From positions 147,436,001-147,500,000 of the forward strand of contig OZ024740.1 in the NCBI GenBank assembly GCA_964016885.1: 64,000 bases of DNA. Direction: 5' to 3'. Position 1 is the first letter of the stretch, and every line of letters starts with the position of its first letter. Positions 49,328-59,793 of this stretch are shown piece after piece. A program made the translations under genes and the position numbers. Origin of the DNA: Eledone cirrhosa. Taxonomy: Eukaryota. Under the pieces are notes generated by a model. The model was given only the letters and a program-made list of their open reading frames with translations. It was not told the origin of the DNA and did not search any database.

Positions 49328-51960
49328 AGATGATGCATGACATACCCTGACATAGTAGATGGTTAAGATCCAGTCATGGTAGTGAGTAAGATATGACAAA
49401 ACTCAATATTTATATACCTTAAGATTGAGACATGAAAAAACTTACATATAATACATATAATACAGAGGGTGCGTGTGAGAAAGCTTAAAAATACATAACA
49501 GCAATTTACAGAACTGTTAGAATTTAAATTATCGAAGAAAGAGGAAAGAAAAAATAAAGACAGAGAGAAAGCACATGAGGGGATAATATAGCTAGTAGAG
49601 GTATAGAGAGCAAAAGAGAATTGATCAAGGAGAGAGATAAATATGAATAATTTTTATAGTGTAAAACATAGGGAGGGATGAATTATATATATCTATACAG
49701 AACTATATATTTGGGCATAGCTTTGCGAAAGAGTAAACTCGAATCTTTGAATTATTGAATTATCTAGAAGTATTCATCAATCTAAATGCTAAATATAACT
49801 GGGTGTAATTATATGAAGGTTAATTTCCAGTCCTTAGTTAATTAGTTATATATACTATCCAAACGTATCCGGTTGACCGTTAACTTTCAAATCAAATCAA
49901 TTAAGTTAGTTCAGAGTAATGAATTAATCAAAGTGTATAATATTTCAGGCTATAAAAGTTTATAAATATCTGTATTAATATTAAAGTATACTATCATATT
50001 TAATTTATAAAATCATATTTTATGAAATCATATTTAAACTATTTGCAAACATGAGAAAGAAGACATAATATTTTCATCCTCACGAAGGTAATTCTTATTA
50101 AATTTTATTATATTATATTTAATTATTTATATTATATTGAAAATAATTCGCATTATATAATTTATAAAATAATTACAGTTATAATTTTAAGATTAACAAT
50201 TAGAATGCCTTAAAGCATCTAAATGCCTTATAATTAAACTAAAAAAAAGTTTATTATTAAATTAAATATATGCATTTGTCTAAATATAAACAAAGATTAT
50301 ATTGTCTAAAGATTAAGATGATACCTATCAGTTATATATAACATAATATAATACAATAAATAAGTTACTGATAATATTGTTAAAAATTAAGGTTTTAGAT
50401 CAATTATTATAATAGGATCATGTAATACATATATACTATAAATATACAAGTCAAACTTCATGAATCATAAGGATAAGAACCAGATTCAAAGTAAAAAAGT
50501 GAATTGTTTGCGATCTTAAAAGTGCCCAATATCCAAGCTATATAGTTTAAAAATACAAGAAATTTTTTAAAAGATTTATATAGTAGTATAATGTGTCTGC
50601 AAACATGAGAAAGAGAAAACCTAAGGATTTTATTGACCCGAAGGTAATCCGAATTTAATTAAATTAAATTAAATAATAACTTAGAAAATTTAGAAAATAT
50701 TTAGAAAATATTTAACGATTATAACACTAGAAAGTCATTAACGTATCTAAAGTACTTATAAATGTAACTAGAAGCATGTTATTATACTAGATATACAGAT
50801 TTGTTCAAATATAAATAGAATATTCCAGATATTAGTGATCGATATACATATAATAAATAATAAGTAAAATCATTGTTAGTAATGTTATAATTGAAGTTTT
50901 ACATCAAGTTAATTGGAAAAAAAAGTTTGTCGACTAGTATCGTGTGTGACGCATATACCATAAGTATATATAAATAAAAATATATAAATCAAACTTCCTG
51001 AACCATAAAACATACTCCAAATGAATCATTCATGCATTTATGTTTTTGTATATTTATACAAAAACATAAATGCATGAATGATTTACGGTACATTATAACT
51101 GTTAAGCATATAAGCCATATATTTAAAAAATATACAAGAATCTCAATCTAAATTAAATATATCTAAACAATCAAATGATATGCAATTCATCAAGAGATCA
51201 TGTTAACAAATAATATGTTTATATACCTATACAGGACCCTTTAATCTAACATTAATCATATCATAAATGAATAAAAAATAAAAAATTATTAAAGTTTTAT
51301 AATCTGTTATAGCGTTTTAGGTACACAGTTGACAAGAGACGTCAACAATTAGAACCTGTTTATTTAGTGTTTTTTTCCTGACTTTTTGCGTGGCTTGGAA
51401 TGTAGACAAAGCTTTATGAAGGCAGTTTGAGAATAATTCACTTGTTTGTTAATTAAATTTTCATAATTAGTAATTATTAAAAGGGTCTCCATGGTACAGA
51501 GGTTGCAGTTAGGTGATATTGAAGAATTCAAGTAAATTCTACTATTACACAACTTCGTCCAAGAAATCGAGTATAACTGATTTAGTTCTGATTTTTTCCC
51601 CCGATTTATTCACGGTACTGGTGTTTATAATTATTAGAATCTTATTTTTATCAGGATTATAATTCAAATTATTATTATCTATATATTCTATATTATTTTT
51701 ATAACCTGCCTTTCGTAGCGCGTCATTATAATATCCTGCCTTTTCATCAAATATGGATTTATTAGCGGATATTCTAGTTATGCGTTTCTGTACATTATCT
51801 TCCCTTCTATATTTTTTCGTTGCTTTACCTCCTCTTCTTCTCTAAGTTTATCATAATATTTGTGGTATATAAATGTTGAGTGTTGGTGAAATAACTTACT
51901 ACCACTACAGGAATTGAAGATTCAAGACCTTCGCGGTATGTCTTATATCCAATCTCTTAT

Positions 51961-52025
51961 ATATTTTATCTGATGAAAACGTACTGAAACACAATTGTAC
52001 CTTTGAAATATGTATAATAAAATAT
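51961..52025 (+). ncRNA. Type I minimal hammerhead ribozyme
   Basis: AUAUUUUAU-CUGAUGA-AAACGUAC...GUACCUUU-GAAA-UAUGUA-UA-AUAAAAUAU. Confidence 0.7.
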
Positions 52026-52233
52026 ATACTTTGGTTATGATAATATTTCTCATTTATTAATATTTTGAATAATATTATATATATATATATATATATATGT
52101 AGATAAATCTAATGCCAATATATATGTAGATAAATCTAATGCCAACTCTAACACATATATATCCTAGAAACGATCGTTAAATAATGAACTTTTTTTGTTT
52201 AATATAAGGAATTGTTTATTCATTATTTGCTTA

Positions 52234-52290
<57 letters not shown>

Positions 52291-52415
52291 AAAAAGCAGA
52301 TCTAAACCTTTTCAACATGAAGGAGCTAATTCAACTATAGTTGTCGATTTATATATCTTTATCATAATTTCTTAACTTCAACAGATAACGGTTTCGAAAG
52401 GTGACGTTCACTCTC

Positions 52416-54223
52416 AAGGCATTCGACATGGTACCTCATTCTTGGATAACCAAAAGCCTAGAGATCTTCAAGGTGGCAGATAACATCAAACAGTTGTTGA
52501 GCAAAAGTATGAAGTCCTGGGAAGCAGAGTTAACATTAGGTGGAGAATCCCGGGAGGCGTGAAGATCAAGAGAGGTATCTTCCAGGGAGATAGTCTGTCC
52601 CCTCTGTTGTTTGTCCTTGCCCTGATACCCCTGACCATTATACTGCGAAAAGTGAGAGCAGGATACAAGTTTGGAAAAGGAGAGCTTACCATCAACCACC
52701 TCCTCTTCATGGACGATCTTAAACTCTTTGGGAAGAGTGAGAAGGAGTTGGATGTACTTGTTGAGACTGTCTCTATTTTCAGCAGTGATATATGTATGCA
52801 ATTTGGTATTAATAAGTGTGGAGTCCTAGTGATGAAGAGGGATAAATTGAGCAGAAGCAATGGAATCCAGGTACCAACAGGTGAGATGATAAAGGAAATT
52901 GATACTGAAGAGGGATACAAATATTTAGGTGTTCTGGAGGCTGATGACATCAAGAATAAAAAAATGAAGGAATTGATAAGATCTGAATACATTCGGAGAG
53001 TAAGGAGCATATTAAAATCACAACTGAACAGTAGGAATGCCATAAGTGCAGTAAATTCCCGAGCTGTGTCTATTATTAGGTACAGTGCGGGAATTCTGAA
53101 ATGGAATGTTGCAGAACAAAAAGAAATGGATAGGAAGACTAGGAAGCTATTGACTATCTACAACATGTTCCACAAAAGGAGTGATGTCGATAGACTCTAC
53201 TTAAGGAGATCTGAAGGTGGAATAGGTCTTATCAGCATAGAGGACTGTGTTCAGATGGAGAAAAACAACCTACACAAATACGTGACTGATAGTAGGGAGC
53301 CAATGCTCAGAATTGTACTGAAGGAGAGGACAATAGACCAGAGGATGTCCAGGGAGGAAATAACAACAAGGAGAAAGAGCAACCTTCAGGAAAAATCCCT
53401 TCATAGTGCCTTATTTGAGAAAACTGAATTTAGAGATCCACAGACATGGAACTGGTTGAAAAGAGGAGACGTTAAAAAGGTTACAGAAGGAATGCTAATG
53501 GCTGCGCAGGAGCAGGCCCTCAAAACGAAGTGGCTGAAACACCATATTTACAAGGAGGAGGCTAACCCACTGTGTAGGATCTGTGGAGAGAGAGAGGAGA
53601 CTGTGTGGCTCACATTGTATCCGAGTGTAAACACCTAGCCCAGACTCACTATAAAGGCTGGAGACATGATGGGCAGGGTGATCCACTGGCACCTATGCAA
53701 AGTAAACAATTTACCACATTCTGAGAAGTGGTATGAGTATAAGCCAGAGTCGGTGATGGAAAACGATGAGGTGAAGGTGCTGTGGGATTTTAGGATACAG
53801 ACGGACAAGAAACTGGAACACAATAGACCTGACCTGGTGGTTGTGGACAAAGAAAAAAGATCGTGCCTGATTGTGGATGTAGCCTGCCCATTCGACATGA
53901 GAGTGCAAGAGAAGGAGAGGGAGAAAATTAACCGATACCAGGACTTAAAGTGGGAGGTAAAAAGGATTTGGAACGGCCATGAGACAAAGTGGTCCCGATT
54001 GTCATAAGCGCACTAGGTACTATCTCAAAGAGTTTCCAAGGATGGTTAAAGAAAATTGGTCCAGCCCCGCTTTTTGGAACACTTCAAAAGGCATGCTTGC
54101 TGGGAACAGCAAGAACCCTCCGATACGTCCTGAATATCTGAGGCTACAGGTAGTGGCTTGATATTCATCTCAACAACTTTCCAGTTAACTAACATCAATG
54201 ACTGAGACTCAAAGAGTAATAAC

Positions 54224-54289
<66 letters not shown>
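52416..54289 (+). mobile_element. R4/Dong-type RLE retrotransposon, copy A (5'-truncated, frameshifted), (TAA)n tail
   Basis: Begins at KAFDMVPH; GIFQGDSLSP, LFMDD, NRPD; same 3' UTR as B and C. Confidence 0.92.
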
Positions 54290-55028
54290 CATCACCGCCG
54301 CCACCACTCCTTCATTGCTACCACCGCTATCCCCCCATTACCTTCTGTTAACTTACGAAAGGGGAAGATGGCGGTATCACTAGACAATATTAATAAACAA
54401 GATTAATATTTAATTTTGGATCAGGAATGTTAGAGTCGAAAAGGAGGAAAATGACAAAATGACTAAATAACTAAAGATAATTTCACCACCAACACCACCA
54501 CCACCACCACTACCACGATCAAAACTCTGGTCAAGTCGACTCAAACGCTATTTCTACTCCAACTTCAACACCATCACTACAGTACTACGATCAAATCACC
54601 ACCACCACTGCCTCATTATCGCTACCGCCGCTATTCTCTCCCACTACCTCCTGCTAGTTGCTGCTAGCACAGCACCGCCACCACCGCCACCGCTGCCTCA
54701 TATTCACTACCGCCGCTATTCTCTCCCGTTACCCCCTGCTACATCGTAGAATCCCCTAAAAGAGGAAGGCATCAAAATATATAAATAGACTGAATTGATG
54801 ACCCGGTCAAAATCAGAAAAACAAAAATCAAAATCAAAGCAGCACAGCAACAACGAAAAACGTAAAGAAAATAAAAATGAAGAGAAAAACAAACAGACGG
54901 ACAGAGAAGGGAAGGGAAAAACTAAGTCAGACATTCAAACACTACATTACAATGAAACTTATGCTTATTCATTTTTGGTGTGTTTTTTTTGCCTGTTTAT
55001 TTGTTTGTTTATTTATGTTCGTCTACAG

Positions 55029-58000
55029 CGTGATAATGCCACACAAAAATCACGTGGAGTGACAAAACCACCGGAGACGATGAATTCACCGGTGGTTATG
55101 TAACCATACATTCGCCAATCCTCGATAAGAGTGTTTAAATGTCGAACGTAAACAGTTCGAATAACGGTGAAATGGAGACTAGAATGTCATGTGACAGACT
55201 CTCACCCAATAGGCGCTCCCTGGCTCAGCAGCAGGGACCTAGCTGTCAACCAAATACTGCTGGTGTCGGAGGAAGAAGAAGAAGGAAAGGGACCAGAACC
55301 AACTGGACGAAAGAATTGAATAGAACTGTTATGCAATGTTACCTGAAGAGTAACCCCAAGGAGAAAGGCTATAGGAAACGGATGCATAACATCTGGAACG
55401 AGATTGGTCTATTTAAATTAGATGAACAAAAATTGGCCGGGCAGGCTCGGGTAATAAGAACTAATGGGTGGATAAGCGAGCTGGAACTGGAGGAACTGAG
55501 CAGAGAGATTAGCTTGGAGATGGAGGGTGGAGTATGCCAGGCAAACGAGCCAGTGGGAAATGAAGGTGAAGAGGTCGAGAGAACGGAGGAACTACCCGAA
55601 GCAGACAATGATCTGAATGCTGAGATAAATAATACCTGGAACAGAGATACGGCCACTGAGGAGATGAATGCTGACGGGCTAGGACAAGATTTGATTGATA
55701 TCCAAAACTTAGTGGTAGATGAATTGAACAATGATAGTGGGAGACCTATGAACCTAAGATTTGTAGACAGGAAAAAGTTAAAAGAAACAACAGCTAAGGT
55801 AAACAAAGTCATCCCATACCTTGAGGCGAGGAGCCTTCACCAGTGTAACAATATTCTCAAAGCAACAGCAAATACGGTGAGGAAACTACTTGGTATAAAA
55901 GCGAGAGGAAACAACAGACAAGAAAGAGCAGAGCCGTGGTGGAAGAAACGACTGAGTGGTCAAATCAGGGAAATGAGAAATGACATTGGAAAGCTTGAGT
56001 CCCTACTGAATGGGACACTAAAAAACATAGACACTAAAAATAGACTGGAAATAAAGTACAACACTAGGAGGAAAAAGCTAAATATTATCATAGAGGAACT
56101 GAAGCAACGCATTGTAGCAAAGAGTGAAAAAATCAGGCGATACGAGAACAGAGTCAGTCAGTATAGACAGAACCGCATGTTCGACAACAACCAGAAGATG
56201 CTGTTTGGACAGCTTGAAGTGAAAGAAAGAGGCAACGACTTGATCCCTGAGGCGGAACAAACTAAAATATTCTGGAGAGGAATATGGGAGCAGGATGTTA
56301 AACATAATGACCAGGCAGTGTGGATTGAGACAGTACAGAAGGAGATTAGTGAACAGGCACACCAACAAACTGATTTGAGTATTACAGTTGAAACTCTTAA
56401 GGGGCAGGCCAAAAGACTAACCAACTGGAAATCACCAGGCCCAGATGGTGTGCAGGGGTATTGGATTAAAAATATAACATCCCTCCACCCAAAACTGACA
56501 ACCATGTTCAATGACTGCTTGATGTCAGGTGAGTTACCAGAGTGGTTGACAAAAGGTACCACAGTTCTGATAATGAAAGACCGAATCAAGGGTAATGATG
56601 TTACCAACTATAGACCTATCACATGTCTGTCCGTAATGTGGAAACTGTTGACAAGCATTATGTCTGAGGAAATCTACCATCACCTCCACACAAACAACTT
56701 GTTACCGGACGAACAGAAAGGATGCCGAAAGAAGTCACGTGGTACAAAGGACCAGTTACTTATTGATAAGATGGTAATGAGGAATTGCAAGAGGAGACAC
56801 ACTGGTCTTGCCATGGGATGGATAGACTACAAAAAGGCATTTGACATGGTGCCTCATTCTTGGATCACCAAAAGCCTGGAGATCTTCAAGGTGGCAGATA
56901 ACATCAGACAGTTGTTGGGGAAAAGTATGAAGTCCTGGGAAACAGAGTTAACATCAACCGGAGAATCCTTGGGAAGCGTGAAGATCAAGAGAGGTATCTT
57001 CCAGGGAGATAGTCTGTCCCCTCTGTTGTTTGTCCTTGTCCTGATGCCCCTGACCAGTGTACTGCGAAAAGTGAGAGCAGGATACAAGTTGGGAAAGGGA
57101 GGGCTTACCATCAATCACCTCCTCTTGGACGATCTTAAGCTCTTCGGGAAGAGTGAGAAGGAGTTGGATGTGCTTGTTGACACTGTCCGTATTTTCAGCA
57201 ATGATATATGTATGCAATTTGGTATTAGTAAGTGTGGAGTCATTGTGATGAAGAGGGGTAAGTTGAGCAGAAGTAACGGAATCCAGGTACCAACAGGTGA
57301 GATGATAAAGGAAATTGACTCTGAAGAAGGATACAAGTATTTGGGCGTTCTGGAGGCTGATGACATCAAGAACAAAAAAATGAAGGAATTGATAAGAACT
57401 GAATACATTCGGAGAGTAAGGAGCATATTAAAGTCACATCTGAACAGTAGGAATTCCATAAGTGCAGTAAATTCCCGAGCTGTGTCTATTATTAGGTACA
57501 GTGCGGGAATTCTGAGATGGAATGTTGCTGAACAAAAAGAAATGGATAGGAAGACTAGGAAGCTATTGACTATCTACAACATGTTCCACAAGAGGAATGA
57601 TGTCGATAGACTCTACCTAAGGAGATCTGAAGGTGGAAGAGGTCTTATCAGCATAGAGGACTGTGTTCAGATGGAGAAAAACAACCTACACAAATACGTG
57701 ACTGATAGTAAGGAGCCAATGCTCAGAACTGTACTGAAGGAGGGGACAATAGGCCAGGGGATGTCCAAGGAGGAAATAACAAGAAGGAGAAAGAGCAACC
57801 TTCAGGAAAAATCCCTTCATAGTACCTTCTTTGAGAAAACTGAATTTAGAGATCCACAGACATGGAACTGGTTGAAAAGAGGAGACCTTAAAAAGGCTAC
57901 ACAAGGAATGTTAATGGCTGCGCAGGAGCAGGCCCTCAAAACGAATTGGTTGAAACACCATATTTACAAGGAGGAGGCTAGCCCACTGTGCAGGATCTGT

Positions 58001-58644
58001 GGAGAGAGGGAGGAGACTGTGGCTCACATTGTATCCGAGTGTAAACACCTAGCCCAGACTCACTATAAGGGCTGGAGACATGATGTGATGGGAAGGGTGA
58101 TCCACTGGCACCTATGCAAAGTAAATAATTTACCGCATTCTGAGAAGTGGTATGAGCATAAGCCAGAGTCGGTGATAGAAAACGATGAGGTGAAGGTGCT
58201 GTGGGATTTTAGGATACAGACGGGCAAGACACTTGAACATAATAGACCTGACCTGGTGGTTGTGGACAAAGAAAAAAGATCGTGCCTGATTGTGGATGTG
58301 GCCTGCCCATTCGACACGAGAGTGCAAGAGAAGGAGAGGGAGAAAATTAACCGATACCAGGACTTAAAGTGGGAGGTAAAAAGGATTTGGAACTGCCATG
58401 AAGTCAAAGTGATCCCGATTGTCATAGGCGCACTAGGGACTATCTCAAAAAGTTTCCAGGGATGGTTAAAGAAAATTGGCCCCTTCACGCTTTTTGGAAC
58501 GCTTCAAAAGGCATGCTTGCTGGGAACAGCAAGAACCCTCCGATACGTCCTGAATATCTGAGGCTGCAGGTAGTGGCTTGATATTCATTTCAACAAACTT
58601 TCCAGTTAACTAACAGCAATGACTAAGACTCAAAGAGTAATAAC

Positions 58645-58706
<62 letters not shown>

Positions 58707-58750
58707 GGGAAGAAGACGCACGAGGTGACGGAGGTCATGAAATCGCTCCC
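55029..58750 (+). other. Putative 117-bp host exon split by R4/Dong copy B (55029-55099 + 58705-58750)
   Basis: T-rich tract + TACAG acceptor; rejoined open frame RDNATQKSRGVTKPPETMNSPVV-I-REEDARGDGGHEIAP; GTAAGT donor at 58751. Confidence 0.45.
55139..58561 (+). CDS. R4/Dong-type ORF (RT + CCHC + RLE), copy B
   Basis: 1140 aa; NYRPITCL, KAFDMVPH, QGDSLSP, CRIC..ETVAHIVSEC, RHD, NRPDLVVVD..IVDVACPFD; FMDD reduced to LDD. Element about 55100-58704 with (TAA)n tail. Confidence 0.95.
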   Translation: MSNVNSSNNGEMETRMSCDRLSPNRRSLAQQQGPSCQPNTAGVGGRRRRKGTRTNWTKELNRTVMQCYLKSNPKEKGYRKRMHNIWNEIGLFKLDEQKLAGQARVIRTNGWISELELEELSREISLEMEGGVCQANEPVGNEGEEVERTEELPEADNDLNAEINNTWNRDTATEEMNADGLGQDLIDIQNLVVDELNNDSGRPMNLRFVDRKKLKETTAKVNKVIPYLEARSLHQCNNILKATANTVRKLLGIKARGNNRQERAEPWWKKRLSGQIREMRNDIGKLESLLNGTLKNIDTKNRLEIKYNTRRKKLNIIIEELKQRIVAKSEKIRRYENRVSQYRQNRMFDNNQKMLFGQLEVKERGNDLIPEAEQTKIFWRGIWEQDVKHNDQAVWIETVQKEISEQAHQQTDLSITVETLKGQAKRLTNWKSPGPDGVQGYWIKNITSLHPKLTTMFNDCLMSGELPEWLTKGTTVLIMKDRIKGNDVTNYRPITCLSVMWKLLTSIMSEEIYHHLHTNNLLPDEQKGCRKKSRGTKDQLLIDKMVMRNCKRRHTGLAMGWIDYKKAFDMVPHSWITKSLEIFKVADNIRQLLGKSMKSWETELTSTGESLGSVKIKRGIFQGDSLSPLLFVLVLMPLTSVLRKVRAGYKLGKGGLTINHLLLDDLKLFGKSEKELDVLVDTVRIFSNDICMQFGISKCGVIVMKRGKLSRSNGIQVPTGEMIKEIDSEEGYKYLGVLEADDIKNKKMKELIRTEYIRRVRSILKSHLNSRNSISAVNSRAVSIIRYSAGILRWNVAEQKEMDRKTRKLLTIYNMFHKRNDVDRLYLRRSEGGRGLISIEDCVQMEKNNLHKYVTDSKEPMLRTVLKEGTIGQGMSKEEITRRRKSNLQEKSLHSTFFEKTEFRDPQTWNWLKRGDLKKATQGMLMAAQEQALKTNWLKHHIYKEEASPLCRICGEREETVAHIVSECKHLAQTHYKGWRHDVMGRVIHWHLCKVNNLPHSEKWYEHKPESVIENDEVKVLWDFRIQTGKTLEHNRPDLVVVDKEKRSCLIVDVACPFDTRVQEKEREKINRYQDLKWEVKRIWNCHEVKVIPIVIGALGTISKSFQGWLKKIGPFTLFGTLQKACLLGTARTLRYVLNI

Positions 58751-59665
58751 GTAAGTTTTGAATTTTTAACATATTTAAATCATTTGTGAAATAACAGCTC
58801 TTAGTACAAATGCTACGTAAAGCACCCGGCTTGAGCCCCAAAAAATTCGGACCCAAAATATATTGTTATAAGGCTCAAATATTCAAATATTCAACTTTGT
58901 ATTGTACACTGTATATCCAAAAAAAGAAAATGGCTATAAATGGAAGAAGAACCCCCCCCCCCCCCCTCCTCTCCTCTGTCTACACTATATAGGACAGCCA
59001 AACTCACCAACACCAGAAACTAGATACACCACCCACCCCATCATCTGTGTACACTAAACACAACAGCCAGATAACGGCATTTTCACCTTCACCACCACCG
59101 CTCACTACGGCCATCATTACCACCACTATCCCATCACCGCCGCCACCACCCCTTGACTCCTTCACTGCTGCCACCGCTACAGCACCATCACTACAGTAAT
59201 ACGGTCACATCACCGCCACCACTGCCTCGGTATCGACATCACCACCACCACTGTCTCAGTATCGCTACCGCCGCCAGTCTCCCACTTCTCCCTGCTGGCT
59301 GCTACTTCCACATTATAGAATTCCTACTACTAACAAAGAGGAAGGCATCAAAATATATAGATAGACTCAAAAGAAAAAAGAAAAAACAAACAACAAAACC
59401 AAAGCAGCACAGCAACAACAGCAAAAACGAGAAAAACAAACAGAGAAAAAACAAAAACAAAAAAAGAAACCCCAAAAACGTAAAGAAAATAAGAATGAAG
59501 AGAGAAGCAGGCGGACGGACAGAGAAGAGGGGGGAAAAAGTAAAACTTAAAAAACAAAAACTAAGTCAGACATTCGAACACTACATTACAATGAAACTTA
59601 TGCTTATTCATTTTTGGGGCCCTTTCTGCCTGTGTGTTTGTTTGTTTATGTGTGTTCGTATACAG

Positions 59666-59721
59666 CGTGGTGATAATGCTACACAAGGGCCAAGTGGGAT
59701 GGCGGATCCACAGATGGCTAT
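59666..59721 (+). other. Putative paralogous exon 5' part, interrupted by copy C
   Basis: Homologous acceptor context; RGDNATQGPSGMADPQMA; same phase at the junction. Confidence 0.4.
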
Positions 59722-59793
59722 GTAACCATACATTCGCCAATCCTCGATAAGAGTGTTTAAATATCGAACATAAACAGTTCGAATAACGGTGAA

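Noticed and set aside
59153-59725. 190-aa ORF upstream of R4 copy C as an ORF1
   Set aside because: Low-complexity CCA- and A-rich sequence, non-ATG start, and frame not conserved upstream of copy B.
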